A DNA stretch of 64,000 bases, taken from the NCBI GenBank assembly GCA_038060895.1, contig JBBTCT010000022.1, forward strand, positions 64,001 to 128,000. Direction: 5' to 3'. The translations under genes were made by a program, and so were the position numbers. The stretch's first letter is position 1. The number at the start of each line of letters is the position of its first letter. Source of the DNA: Planctomycetota bacterium. Its GTDB lineage: Bacteria > Planctomycetota > MHYJ01 > WSZJ01. Of this stretch, positions 36,725-45,717 are shown piece after piece. Under the pieces are notes generated by a model that saw only the letters and a list, made by a program, of their open reading frames with translations, had not been told where the DNA came from and ran no database searches.

Positions 36725-39700
36725 ACGGCGCGCAGGTGCGGGGGGCGATGGTGCTGGCGGCGGCTTCCGCGGCCGCGGCCATCATAGGATGGAAGGCGTT
36801 CGCGATCCGGGAACGACCTGCGCCGGCGCGGCAGGCCGGCGATTCCTTCGCCGTCTTCTGTCGCGAAGTCGTCCCGGTGCTGGACCGCCGCTGCGGCGGC
36901 TGTCACGGTGTTCCCGGCGACGTTTACGATGCCATCGCCGCCGAGCCGCTGAACCGCACGCTCCTGCGCTGGCCCGTCGACGAATCCGGCCGCATCGCGA
37001 CGGCCGGCCAGCGCGTCGAAGCGTTCCGCCGACTCACGCAGACCTCCGCGGGCGGAGGGAAGCAGTTCGCGCCGCTCGACCGCCGCGGGCCAGCCCTCGC
37101 AAGCCAGATTCTCCGGGCGCCGCTCGCTGAATCGCTCGGCGGCTACGTCCACGCCGAGGTGTTCGCCTCCGTCGCCGACCCGGACTTCGTCGCGCTGGCG
37201 GCGTGGGCCAGCCTGGAGATCTCCGCGAGTCCCGAGCCCGCCGCGACGCTCTCGCCCGGCGCCGAGACCTTCTTCGCCGAAAGGGTCGTCCCCATCCTCG
37301 AGCGCAAGACCTGCTTCGGCTCCAACTGCCACGGAAAGCTGGCCTTCAACGACCTCAAGCTCGACCCCGGCATCCCCGCCCTCCGGGAACGCTTCACCCC
37401 CGCTCTCCACCGCGCCAACCGCCGCGCGATGCTCGGCGAGGTCACCCGCCTGGTAAACCTGTCCGGCGACGTCGAGCAGTCGAAGCAGCTCAAGAAGAGC
37501 ATTCCCGTCGAGCAGGGCGGGATCGTGCACAAGGGCGGGAACAACTTCCTCGAGAAAGGCGACCCGGACTACGCCGTGGTGAAGGAATGGCTGGAGCGGG
37601 AACGGGCCGAAGCGCGGAAGGCGACCGGTGCAGCGCTTGGAGACCTGCGCGGGATCGTGTTCGTGCGCCGGCCGCGGGCAACGCCGGAGCGGTACTTCGA
37701 GCCGCTCGTTTGGCTGCCGGGAGCGGACGTGATCCTGCTTCGGGACGGCCGCGAGACGAACCTCACGGCGGCTCTTCACCCGTCCGCCCCCGCGGACATC
37801 CGTGCGGCGGAGGTCAGCTACGACGCGCGGAGGATCTCGTTCGCGATGCGCAGGAGCGAGGAAGAGCCGTTCAACGTCTGGGAGATCGAGCTCGAATCCG
37901 GCGCGGCGCGGCAGATCACGTTCTCGACGGACCCTGCGGTTCATTTCGTCGATCCGGTCTACGTCCCCGACCCCGAGGACGCCGACGGCCTGCGGCTCGA
38001 TCTCGCGGACCTCGTCGTGCTCTCGAACTTCTCGGGCGAATTCTGCGAAGTGAGCCCCGACGGGGTCCTCGGCGAGGCCGAAGGCGGGACGGCGGACGCC
38101 ATCGAGGACGCTGAGCTGCGCGAGAAGGCAGGAACGTTCGACGGACGGCGCCTGCGAGTCCTTCGCGGTGCAAACACCGGCGAAGCGCGGACCATCTCCC
38201 GCCAGGAGCCAGGCCGGCTCCAGCTGGACCGGCCGTTCCCGTCGCCCTGCGACTCCACGACCCACTACGTGATCGACGCGCCGGTAAGAGTGGCGCCGAA
38301 GTTCGATCTGTACCGCATGAAACTGGCGGCCCCGGGCGGCGAGCGCGCGGCATTCCAGGCGACGCTGCGGCGGATGACCTGGTCGCCGTCGCAGGCGCGG
38401 CGGCCATCGCTGCGGTCGAGCGGGGAAGTGATGGCGACGTTCCTGCGCGCCGGCTGGCAGGAAGGGCGACCGTTCTTCAACGGCGCGATCTTCCGCACGC
38501 ACATCGACGGCTCGAATTTTCACACTCACGGCGGCAACCGCTCCGGCCTGCCGATCCACGCAGACGGGCGCGAGGCCGCGGACGGGCTGGAGGTCCGGAT
38601 CGGGCGCGACGCGGACTCGTGGTGGGGCGGCGTGCCGATCCTTGTTGACCACCAGTTCGGCCCTCACATCGAGGACCGCAACCCCCTCGACGACCTCGAC
38701 CACCCGTGGCGCAATGGCCCCCCGAAGTCCGCGATGACGCGCTTCGCGTCCGCCTGGATCCCGCTCGACGAAACAGCCTCATGCCGCGGGTTGTCCCCGG
38801 GAGGCGCGTGGCACGACCTCTTCCCCATGCCCGACGGCTCGATCCTCGCGTCGTTCGCGCCGGGGCCCGTCGACCTCGACGACCCGTCGGCGGCTCCGGA
38901 CTTCGACATTGTGCGGCTCGTGCCCGACCCGGCGTTTCAGTCCGCGGACGGATTCGCGGGCGGAAAATTCCGGCGCGAAACGCTCGCCGGCGGGCCTTCC
39001 GCCGAGCTGTGGCCGCGCCCCGTCGCGCCGCACCTCAAGGAACCCCTGTCGAAAACCATCAAGATCGACGAGGACCTCTTCGGCCCCGCACCCCGCGACC
39101 GCGGCCTCGCCCGCTACCCCGCAGGCGCTGCATCCGTGCTCCAGGTGTTCGATCTGCCGCTCCTGGACGCGTTCTTCACCCAGTCCACGCCGGTCGGTGT
39201 CCGCCACATCGCGTCCGATGTCTGCCCCTCCTGCGGCGACGCGACCCCCGACATCGACCAGGTCCATCTCGCCCGCATCGTCGGCCTCCAGGCGCGCCCT
39301 GACCCCGCCGCGCAGCCCCGTCGCTTCCTCATCGCCGAAGTTCCCCTCGCCGAAGACGGCTCCATCCAGGCCGCCATCCCCGCCGGCATCGCGTTCGACA
39401 TCGAGTCGGTCAACGCGCGCGGCATGGCGCTGCGCTCCCCGAACCGCTGGCTCTACACACTCCCCGGCGAACGCCACACCCTCTCCATCCCGCGCCCGCT
39501 CTTCGCCCAGACCTGCGGCGGCTGCCACGGCGGCCTCACCGGCGCGCCCGCCGACATCCTCCGCCGCCCCGACATCATCACCTCGGCATCGCGGACACAG
39601 GCGATCTGGGATGTCGAGAAGCGCCGCAAGCTCCTGCCCTCCAACTGGGACGGCGGGCGCGCGCCGGCGCCGGTCGAAGTGAGCTTCGAGAAGAGCGTCC

Positions 39701-39978
39701 GCCCGATCCTCGAGCGCCGCTGCCTGGAGTGCCACGAGGGGAGCGGAGCGGTGTCGGGAGTGAATCTTGCGGGCGAAGCGGCCTACGACACCCTTTTGCG
39801 CTTTATAGATCTCGACGACCGCCGCGCGATCGTCTCGCGACTCGCCGAGCGGCTCGAGGGACGCGAACTGCACGCCCCGGGTGTAGCGCCCGCGGCACCA
39901 CACCCGGACGGCGCACCGCTTCCCGACGAAGATCTCCGCGCTATTTACCGCTGGATCGACCTGGGGGCGGAGCGATGA
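36721..39978 (+). CDS. Hydrazine synthase alpha-related (HzsA-like) multi-heme beta-propeller protein
   Basis: TM anchor; CGGCH, CFGSNCH; TolB-like VSYDARRISFAM; HZS-alpha middle-domain pattern VPLAEDGSIQAAIPAG..FDI..NARGMAL...RW...PGE...CGGCH; C-terminal CLECH..WID.GA. Confidence 0.8.
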   Translation: MNGAQVRGAMVLAAASAAAAIIGWKAFAIRERPAPARQAGDSFAVFCREVVPVLDRRCGGCHGVPGDVYDAIAAEPLNRTLLRWPVDESGRIATAGQRVEAFRRLTQTSAGGGKQFAPLDRRGPALASQILRAPLAESLGGYVHAEVFASVADPDFVALAAWASLEISASPEPAATLSPGAETFFAERVVPILERKTCFGSNCHGKLAFNDLKLDPGIPALRERFTPALHRANRRAMLGEVTRLVNLSGDVEQSKQLKKSIPVEQGGIVHKGGNNFLEKGDPDYAVVKEWLERERAEARKATGAALGDLRGIVFVRRPRATPERYFEPLVWLPGADVILLRDGRETNLTAALHPSAPADIRAAEVSYDARRISFAMRRSEEEPFNVWEIELESGAARQITFSTDPAVHFVDPVYVPDPEDADGLRLDLADLVVLSNFSGEFCEVSPDGVLGEAEGGTADAIEDAELREKAGTFDGRRLRVLRGANTGEARTISRQEPGRLQLDRPFPSPCDSTTHYVIDAPVRVAPKFDLYRMKLAAPGGERAAFQATLRRMTWSPSQARRPSLRSSGEVMATFLRAGWQEGRPFFNGAIFRTHIDGSNFHTHGGNRSGLPIHADGREAADGLEVRIGRDADSWWGGVPILVDHQFGPHIEDRNPLDDLDHPWRNGPPKSAMTRFASAWIPLDETASCRGLSPGGAWHDLFPMPDGSILASFAPGPVDLDDPSAAPDFDIVRLVPDPAFQSADGFAGGKFRRETLAGGPSAELWPRPVAPHLKEPLSKTIKIDEDLFGPAPRDRGLARYPAGAASVLQVFDLPLLDAFFTQSTPVGVRHIASDVCPSCGDATPDIDQVHLARIVGLQARPDPAAQPRRFLIAEVPLAEDGSIQAAIPAGIAFDIESVNARGMALRSPNRWLYTLPGERHTLSIPRPLFAQTCGGCHGGLTGAPADILRRPDIITSASRTQAIWDVEKRRKLLPSNWDGGRAPAPVEVSFEKSVRPILERRCLECHEGSGAVSGVNLAGEAAYDTLLRFIDLDDRRAIVSRLAERLEGRELHAPGVAPAAPHPDGAPLPDEDLRAIYRWIDLGAER

Positions 39979-40424
39979 AGGGCGCCTCGATCCTCGGCAT
40001 TCTCCTGCTTGTCGTGGCGCTCTCGGCGGCGGCGTGGCTGGCGCATGAAGGGGTGTCGGGAGTTTCCTGCGCGAAGGCGGGTGACTGCGCGAGCTGCCAC
40101 AAAGGGTCGCCGCCGACGACGCATACACCGGCTTTCGTCGAAGAAGGGCACGGACCGGCGGCGCTTCAGAATCAGGCGTCCTGCCTCGGCTGTCACAAGC
40201 GCGAGTCGTGCGACGAGTGCCACGCAAAGGAGCGGCCGAAGTGGCACACGAGCGGGTTTCGGGCGCCGGGGAGGGGGCGGGAGGAGAGGGAGGAGCACAT
40301 CCGGATTTCGGCGGCGCACCGGGAGTCGTGCGGCGAGTGCCATGCGCGGCGGTTCGCGTCGCAGTGCGCGGAGTGCCACCGGCCGGACGAGGCGTGGCTG
40401 AAGACGGCCCAGGAGGCGCGATGA
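39975..40424 (+). CDS. Small membrane-anchored/exported pentaheme cytochrome c
   Basis: Hydrophobic N-terminus; CASCH, CLGCH, CDECH, CGECH, CAECH plus additional His residues. Confidence 0.88.
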   Translation: MKGASILGILLLVVALSAAAWLAHEGVSGVSCAKAGDCASCHKGSPPTTHTPAFVEEGHGPAALQNQASCLGCHKRESCDECHAKERPKWHTSGFRAPGRGREEREEHIRISAAHRESCGECHARRFASQCAECHRPDEAWLKTAQEAR

Positions 40425-41542
40425 AGGTCCCGGCGCTGAAGCAGACGGTGCGCGAGGCGATCCGGGCGCTGGAGCCGGCGCCGGCAGTCCGCGTCCGGAC
40501 GGCCGGGCTGCTCGCGCGAGTGGTGCCTGGAGACCGCGTGGAAGCGGGGCAGGTGATCGCGGAGTCGCCGGAAGGGGAGGGGTTCGCGCGGCGTCGGCAC
40601 TCGCCGTACGACGGCGTCGTGGTTTCGGCGAAGCGCCCGGGAGAAATCCGGATCGAGGGCCGGCCGCGCGTCCTTCCTTCGGCGCCGCACCGGGAGTTGG
40701 CGTCGCTCTCGCCCGAAGCGGTGGTCGCCGCCGTGCGGGACGCCGGCATCGAGGGAATGGGAGGCGGGATGTTCCCGACGTATGTGAAGCTCGCGCCCGG
40801 CCGGCCGGTCGAGTGCGTGATCGTGAATGCCTGCGAGTCGGAGCCGTACCTCGCGTGCGACGCGCGCGTGATGGCCGAATTCCGCGACGACGTCGAGTGC
40901 GGGATGCGCCTCGCCATGCGCGCCGTCGGCGCCGCGCGCGGCGTGATCGTCCACGACGACGGCGGCTACCCGGGCGGCTACGAACGCTTCCTCGTCCGCC
41001 AGGTCCTCGGCCGCGATGTCCCACCGGGCGGCCGCCCGGCAGACGCGGGCGCGATCGTGATCAACGTGCAGACGGCCCGCGCGATCCACCACGCCGTCTG
41101 CCTGGAGCGGCCTCTGCTGGACCGCGTCGTGACCGTCGATGGCGGCGCCGTGGCGCGCCCCGGGAATTTCACGGTGTCGCTCGGCACCGAGTTCGGCCAC
41201 ATCCTCGCCTGCGCTTCGGCCGACCTCGCGCTGGCGGCGGTCCTTCTCGCAGGCGGTCCGATGATGGGCGTCGAGTCGCTGCCCGACGCCGTCGTCGAGC
41301 CGGGGACCGGAGGCGTCCTCGCGCTCACCCGCGAGGAGATCCGCCGCCCCACCGACAACCCGTGCATCCGCTGCGGCGACTGCCTCGAAGCGTGCCCCGT
41401 GGGCCTGAGCGCGCGTCACCTCATCCTTCGCCCCACGGCCGCCCTCTCGCGCTGCATGGACTGCGGCATGTGCCAGTACGTCTGCCCCGCCGACCGCTCC
41501 CTCGTCGCCCTTCTCCGCCGGGCCAAGGCGACATTGCGATGA
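40421..41542 (+). CDS. rnfC: RnfC/RsxC-like subunit (FMN/NAD-binding, SLBB, 2x[4Fe-4S])
   Basis: HSPYDG.V, AGIEGMGGGMFPTYVKL, IVNACESEPYL..D, YPGG.E, NVQT, GGPMMG, CIRCGDCLEACP, CMDCGMCQYVCP. Confidence 0.88.
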   Translation: MKVPALKQTVREAIRALEPAPAVRVRTAGLLARVVPGDRVEAGQVIAESPEGEGFARRRHSPYDGVVVSAKRPGEIRIEGRPRVLPSAPHRELASLSPEAVVAAVRDAGIEGMGGGMFPTYVKLAPGRPVECVIVNACESEPYLACDARVMAEFRDDVECGMRLAMRAVGAARGVIVHDDGGYPGGYERFLVRQVLGRDVPPGGRPADAGAIVINVQTARAIHHAVCLERPLLDRVVTVDGGAVARPGNFTVSLGTEFGHILACASADLALAAVLLAGGPMMGVESLPDAVVEPGTGGVLALTREEIRRPTDNPCIRCGDCLEACPVGLSARHLILRPTAALSRCMDCGMCQYVCPADRSLVALLRRAKATLR

Positions 41543-41997
41543 GCGAAGCGCCCCCGGCGCGCGCCCGCGTGGCGACCGCCGTCCTTCTCGCCGCCGCCGC
41601 GGCCGTCGCGTTCGCGCTGCGCCCTGCTGACCCGGACCGCGCGCTCGCCGAGCGGCTCATCGGCCCCGCCGCGCGCGTCCCTGGCGGCGGCCCGCCCGCA
41701 TTTCACAACGGCCGCAAAGCGGTCCTCTTCTTCGAACGCCCCGGCGTCCAGGGGCTCATCCGCGGCGCCGTCGTCCTCGAGGGAGATGCCGTCGCCGACG
41801 TCCTTGTCCTCACCAGCACCGAGGGCCACGACGGCCGCGTTCTCCAGTCCCCCGGGTTCCTCGCTTCGTTCCGCGGCCGGCCCGCACGCCCCCCCGTCGT
41901 CGTGGACTCCGTCACCGGCGCGAGCGTCTCCTCCCGCCTCCTCATCGACGCCGTCAACGACCGCCTCCGCTGGTGGTCCACCGAGGCCCCCCGATGA
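41539..41997 (+). CDS. FMN-binding protein (RnfG-like)
   Basis: TM anchor; G..G.I...V, F...F.G, VDSVTGASVSS flavinylation motif. Confidence 0.8.
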   Translation: MSEAPPARARVATAVLLAAAAAVAFALRPADPDRALAERLIGPAARVPGGGPPAFHNGRKAVLFFERPGVQGLIRGAVVLEGDAVADVLVLTSTEGHDGRVLQSPGFLASFRGRPARPPVVVDSVTGASVSSRLLIDAVNDRLRWWSTEAPR

Positions 41998-42392
41998 AAC
42001 TCCGCTTCCCCGCCGGGTGGATCCTTGCCGGGCTCGTGCCTGCGCTCTGGGAAGCGCCGCCGGTCGCGTCGCTGGCCTGGGCCGCCGCGCTCGGGCTTGG
42101 CGCGGCGCTCGCCGCCGGCCGGCCGTCGCGGTGGGTTGCGATCGCGTGGATCGCCGCGGCCGCCGTCCCTGGCGTCCCGCTCGCTCCCATCGCCGCCGCG
42201 GGCGCTCTTCTCGCCGGCGGTCGCGCCCACCTCGGCGCGGCCGCTCTCGGCGCTGCCCTCGGCGCCGCCGCGCAGTTCGCTCCCTTCGTCGTCCCTGTCC
42301 ATGCGGGCGGAGCCCTTCTGCTCGCGGCGGCCGCCGCCCTCGCCCTTCTGCCGTCAAACCCCGAACCGCCCGAAGAGGAGTCCGCCCGATGA
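41994..42392 (+). CDS. Small hydrophobic membrane protein, possibly degenerate RnfE
   Basis: 132 aa, almost all hydrophobic, ATGA-coupled on both sides, in the RnfE position; no Cys. Confidence 0.55.
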   Translation: MKLRFPAGWILAGLVPALWEAPPVASLAWAAALGLGAALAAGRPSRWVAIAWIAAAAVPGVPLAPIAAAGALLAGGRAHLGAAALGAALGAAAQFAPFVVPVHAGGALLLAAAAALALLPSNPEPPEEESAR

Positions 42393-42772
42393 AGCCCTGG
42401 GACGCGGTCTTCCTCGCCGCCGCCGCCGGTCTTTTCCTCCAGCGCCCCCGCGCCTGGTGGCTGGCCGCAGCCGCTCCACTCCTCGCTCTCGCTGCGCAGC
42501 CGCTCGGCACGTTCGCCGGCCCGGCCGCCGCGCTGGCCGCCGTCCTCGTCGCGCCGCGCTTCGCCCCTGCCGCCCTCCTCCTCGCCGCCGGGCACTACAC
42601 CGGCTGGGCCGACGCGGCGCGCGCTTCGGCCGTCTGGCTCGCCGTGAGCGCGCTCCTGGCCTCGATGGAAGAGCGTTTTGAAGAAGTTTCGCCGCGCCTC
42701 CGCGGCGCGCCGATCCGGCTGTTCGCGACCGGCGTGCTCTACTACGCGCTTCTCCCGGTGGCCTACCTGTGA
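42389..42772 (+). CDS. Degenerate RnfA-like membrane protein
   Basis: C-terminus LLASMEERFEEVSPRLRGAPIRLFATGVL resembles RnfA (IRERL..VP..FRG.PI.LITAGL); 127 aa; no Cys. Confidence 0.6.
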   Translation: MKPWDAVFLAAAAGLFLQRPRAWWLAAAAPLLALAAQPLGTFAGPAAALAAVLVAPRFAPAALLLAAGHYTGWADAARASAVWLAVSALLASMEERFEEVSPRLRGAPIRLFATGVLYYALLPVAYL

Positions 42773-43683
42773 GCCCCGGCCCCCTGGTCCACAGCGGTCG
42801 CACGACCCGTGTCTTGATGGCGCAGGTGCTGATCGCACTCGCGCCCGCCCTGATCGCTGCCGTCGTGCGCGGCGGCGTAACGGCGGCCGCCTCGCTCGCC
42901 GCCGCCCTGTCCGTCGCGTGGGGAGTCCAGTGCTTCTTCCTCAGGCGCGCCGCGTTCCACGAAAGCGCTCTCGTCACCGCCGCCATTTTCGCGCTCACTC
43001 TCCCCGCGACGGCGCCGTGGTGGCTCTCCGCGCTCGGCGCCGCGATCGCGGTCTCCCTCGGGAAACACCTCGGCGGCGGCGCTGGCAACTCCCTCTTCAA
43101 TTCGGCCGCCCTCGCGCGCGCCGTCCTCATGGGCCTCGCTCCCGGCCTCCTTTTCGCCCCGCGCTGGCCCGCCGCCGACGGAATCACCGCCGCAAGCCCG
43201 CTCGCAAAAGAAGTCGATTCCGTGGCAACGCCGCTCCTCGACCTCCTCCTTGGCCAACACCCCGGCTCCCTCGCCGAAGCCGCCCCCCTGGCCGTCCTCG
43301 CCGGCGGCCTCTTCCTCGTCGCCGTCCGCGCCATCGAGGGCCGCGTTCCCCTCGTCTACTTCGCGACCGTCTCTCTCTTCGCCCTCTTCCTCCCCGCAGG
43401 CGACCGCATCGCCGGCCACGCGCCGTGGCTCGCCCACAATGCCCTCCTTCACATCGCTTCCGGCGGCGTGCTCCTCACCGGATTCTTCATGCTCACCGAC
43501 CCCGTCACCGCGCCCTTCACGCCGCGCGGCCGCATGCTCTTCGCCGCCCTCGCCGGCGCCGCGACCATGCTCGCGCGCTTCTACACGCCCTACCCCGACG
43601 CCGCCGTCCTCGCCGTCCTCCTCGCCAACGCATGCGTTCCCGCCATCGACGCGCGGACGATTCCGCGGGAAGCGCTTTCCTGA
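42769..43683 (+). CDS. rnfD: RnfD/NqrB family membrane subunit
   Basis: SALVTAAIFALTLP, KHLGGGAG..LFN.A, DGITAASPL, PGSLAE, FFMLTDPVTAP, YPD..LAVLLAN. Confidence 0.9.
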   Translation: MSPGPLVHSGRTTRVLMAQVLIALAPALIAAVVRGGVTAAASLAAALSVAWGVQCFFLRRAAFHESALVTAAIFALTLPATAPWWLSALGAAIAVSLGKHLGGGAGNSLFNSAALARAVLMGLAPGLLFAPRWPAADGITAASPLAKEVDSVATPLLDLLLGQHPGSLAEAAPLAVLAGGLFLVAVRAIEGRVPLVYFATVSLFALFLPAGDRIAGHAPWLAHNALLHIASGGVLLTGFFMLTDPVTAPFTPRGRMLFAALAGAATMLARFYTPYPDAAVLAVLLANACVPAIDARTIPREALS

Positions 43684-43701
43684 ACTACTGGTTCGGCACG
43701 C

Positions 43702-43746
43702 TTGATTTCGTGGGTCGCGCCCTTCGGACGCGACCCACGAAATCAA
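43702..43746. terminator. 18-bp perfect-stem hairpin between convergent operons (REP-like)
   Basis: TTGATTTCGTGGGTCGCG ... CGCGACCCACGAAATCAA with a 9-nt loop. Confidence 0.7.
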
Positions 43747-43759
43747 AGCTGACTCACCA

Positions 43760-45688
43760 CTAGCGTGCGGCGCGCACGAGCCATTCGCGGAGGAGGCCGC
43801 GAAGCACTGCGGGATCGGCCTTCCAGGCGGCGACCCAGCGTGCAAGCTCCGCGGCCGCGGGGGCGGAGCCCAGAAGGGCGCGGTGCTGGCGTTCGAACCA
43901 GAGGGACGCGAACGCGTCCCGTCTGAGGAGTTCGGGTCCGAGTCCGCGGGCCGGGGGCGGGGTCGAATCGGACGGAACGCGCTCCCCGGCGAGGCGGGCG
44001 AGCAGCGTGCACGCGGCGACGGCGGAATCGGGGAAGCGGCGATTGATGTTCGAGTCGGCGAGCCAGAGCTTCCAGGTTTCCAGGAGATTCCCTTCTCCGT
44101 TGGCCCATCTCGCGGATTCCACGGCCAGGTCGAAACCGTCCGGCGCGAAGGGGCCCATGAGATCGAGGCAGGCGAGGTCGCGGGCGAGGAGGACGCGCCA
44201 GAAATCAGGATCGGCGAGGACATCGTTGGCGAGATCCTCGGGCGAAAGTGTGGCAAGCCGTGCGGCGGCAGAAGCGTCGGCCTCGAGGCCGAAGACACGG
44301 GCGACGAGGGTCTTGATGCGGGCGACGCGGGCGGCGGAGGGCGCCACGGGCGAGACGCCGGCAGTTGCCTTCGCGCGGAGCCGGACGCGCGAAGGAAGGC
44401 TCCGGCCGCGCGACGGGTCGATGACGGCCAGCTCGAGCACCCACGTTCCGGCGACATCCGCCTTCAGGCTCGCCTCCCGCCCGTCGGCATTGGCGAGCTT
44501 CGCCTCCGAGCCGGCGGGCGCGAGGACGATTCTCCATTCCCACTTCAGCCTCCGCCCTCCCGGCTCGCGGCTTCGTTCGCCGTCGAATTTCGCGACGCGG
44601 CCGGGCTCGATCTCCTGGTCGGGGCCGGCGTCGGCCAGGGGCCTGACCTCCGAGGGCTCCGCGCCCGCGGCGAACGCCACGAACGCCGTGTACTCCAGCG
44701 AGCCTCTCCGGAAGTTGTCGCCGCCTCCGTGTTCCGCGCCGCCGTCCTCGAGCGCCAGCGGCTTGAGGACGAGCGGCGAACGGTCGGGGGCGTCGCGGCG
44801 CGCAAAGCGCACGACGACGTCGAAGTTTTTCTTTCGCGAGATCGCCCCGTGGCCGGATTTCCCCGGAAGCGTCAGGACAAAACCGCCCACGGGAAGCCCG
44901 GGCTTCGCGTGGCACGACATGCAACTTGCGTCCAGAATCGGCAGGATTTTCTCGGAGAAAGTTGCCTGACTCAGTTCCTTCATTTCCGTTGCCCCCGGAG
45001 CGGGCAGCTCGGGGCGCGGCGGAAGCGGCGTCTTCGTCGCGACGTCGTACGGCGACTCGGAAGGCGGCTGCTTCACGGCGGGAGGTTTTTTCGACGGGGG
45101 CAAGTCGCGCGCGGGAGGCGGGTCGGGAACCTGTGGTTTCGGGGGAGGAGGCGGTTTTGCGGTCGCGGGACTGCCCTCGGAAGGCTCCGGCGCCTTTGCC
45201 GCTTCTTCCGGTGCTTGTGAGGAGTCGTGTTTCGAGGCGATCGGCGTGAAATCCTGGGTGAGTGCCCCGGGCGATTCGGGCCGCGCGGCCGGGAGGTTGA
45301 ATTCGCCGAGAGCGAGAACCAGGATTGCGGCGAATGCGACGAATGCGCCCGTCAGCCCCAGAACGACGGGAAGAAGTCCGCGCGGCGCACGCGGAAAAAT
45401 CAGCTCGTCCGTCGGCGCGTCTTCCGTCGCAACAGCGGGCGCCGTGCCGGCGTCAGGCCCGCGCCCCACGGGAGAACATCGCGGGCAGAGATCCGCTCCC
45501 GCCGCGATCTCCTCGCCGCAGCCGCACTCGAGCGAGATCACCTCTGCCCCCGCCACATCCGGCACCACCACCGACGTTCCGCAACCCGGGCAGCGGGACC
45601 GGTGGCCGGATTTGCGAAGGGGAGCGAGCAGCCGGTGACCGCAGGCGCACCGGAATTTGACCTGCAGATTCTGCTCGTCCTTCGACAT
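43760..45688 (-). CDS. Membrane protein: N-terminal Zn-ribbons, TM helix, Pro-rich linker, planctomycete-type cytochrome c domain, PKD/Ig-like domain
   Basis: CACG..CPGC, CGCG..CPRC; TM helix; CMSCH...SPLVLKPL...HGGG; ADAGPDQ.....FDG..S; GAGGTG RBS before ATG 45688. Confidence 0.7.
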   Translation of the reverse strand: MSKDEQNLQVKFRCACGHRLLAPLRKSGHRSRCPGCGTSVVVPDVAGAEVISLECGCGEEIAAGADLCPRCSPVGRGPDAGTAPAVATEDAPTDELIFPRAPRGLLPVVLGLTGAFVAFAAILVLALGEFNLPAARPESPGALTQDFTPIASKHDSSQAPEEAAKAPEPSEGSPATAKPPPPPKPQVPDPPPARDLPPSKKPPAVKQPPSESPYDVATKTPLPPRPELPAPGATEMKELSQATFSEKILPILDASCMSCHAKPGLPVGGFVLTLPGKSGHGAISRKKNFDVVVRFARRDAPDRSPLVLKPLALEDGGAEHGGGDNFRRGSLEYTAFVAFAAGAEPSEVRPLADAGPDQEIEPGRVAKFDGERSREPGGRRLKWEWRIVLAPAGSEAKLANADGREASLKADVAGTWVLELAVIDPSRGRSLPSRVRLRAKATAGVSPVAPSAARVARIKTLVARVFGLEADASAAARLATLSPEDLANDVLADPDFWRVLLARDLACLDLMGPFAPDGFDLAVESARWANGEGNLLETWKLWLADSNINRRFPDSAVAACTLLARLAGERVPSDSTPPPARGLGPELLRRDAFASLWFERQHRALLGSAPAAAELARWVAAWKADPAVLRGLLREWLVRAAR

Positions 45689-45717
45689 CGCCACCTCTTG
45701 GCTCCGGATTGCCGGGC

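Noticed and set aside
32757-39978. Bona fide anammox hzsABC
   Set aside because: Only architectural similarity is visible; sizes, extra domains and context (ApbE/Rnf, heterotrophic aromatic catabolism, no hao/hdh in the window) differ, and HzsA-like domains occur in non-anammox bacteria.
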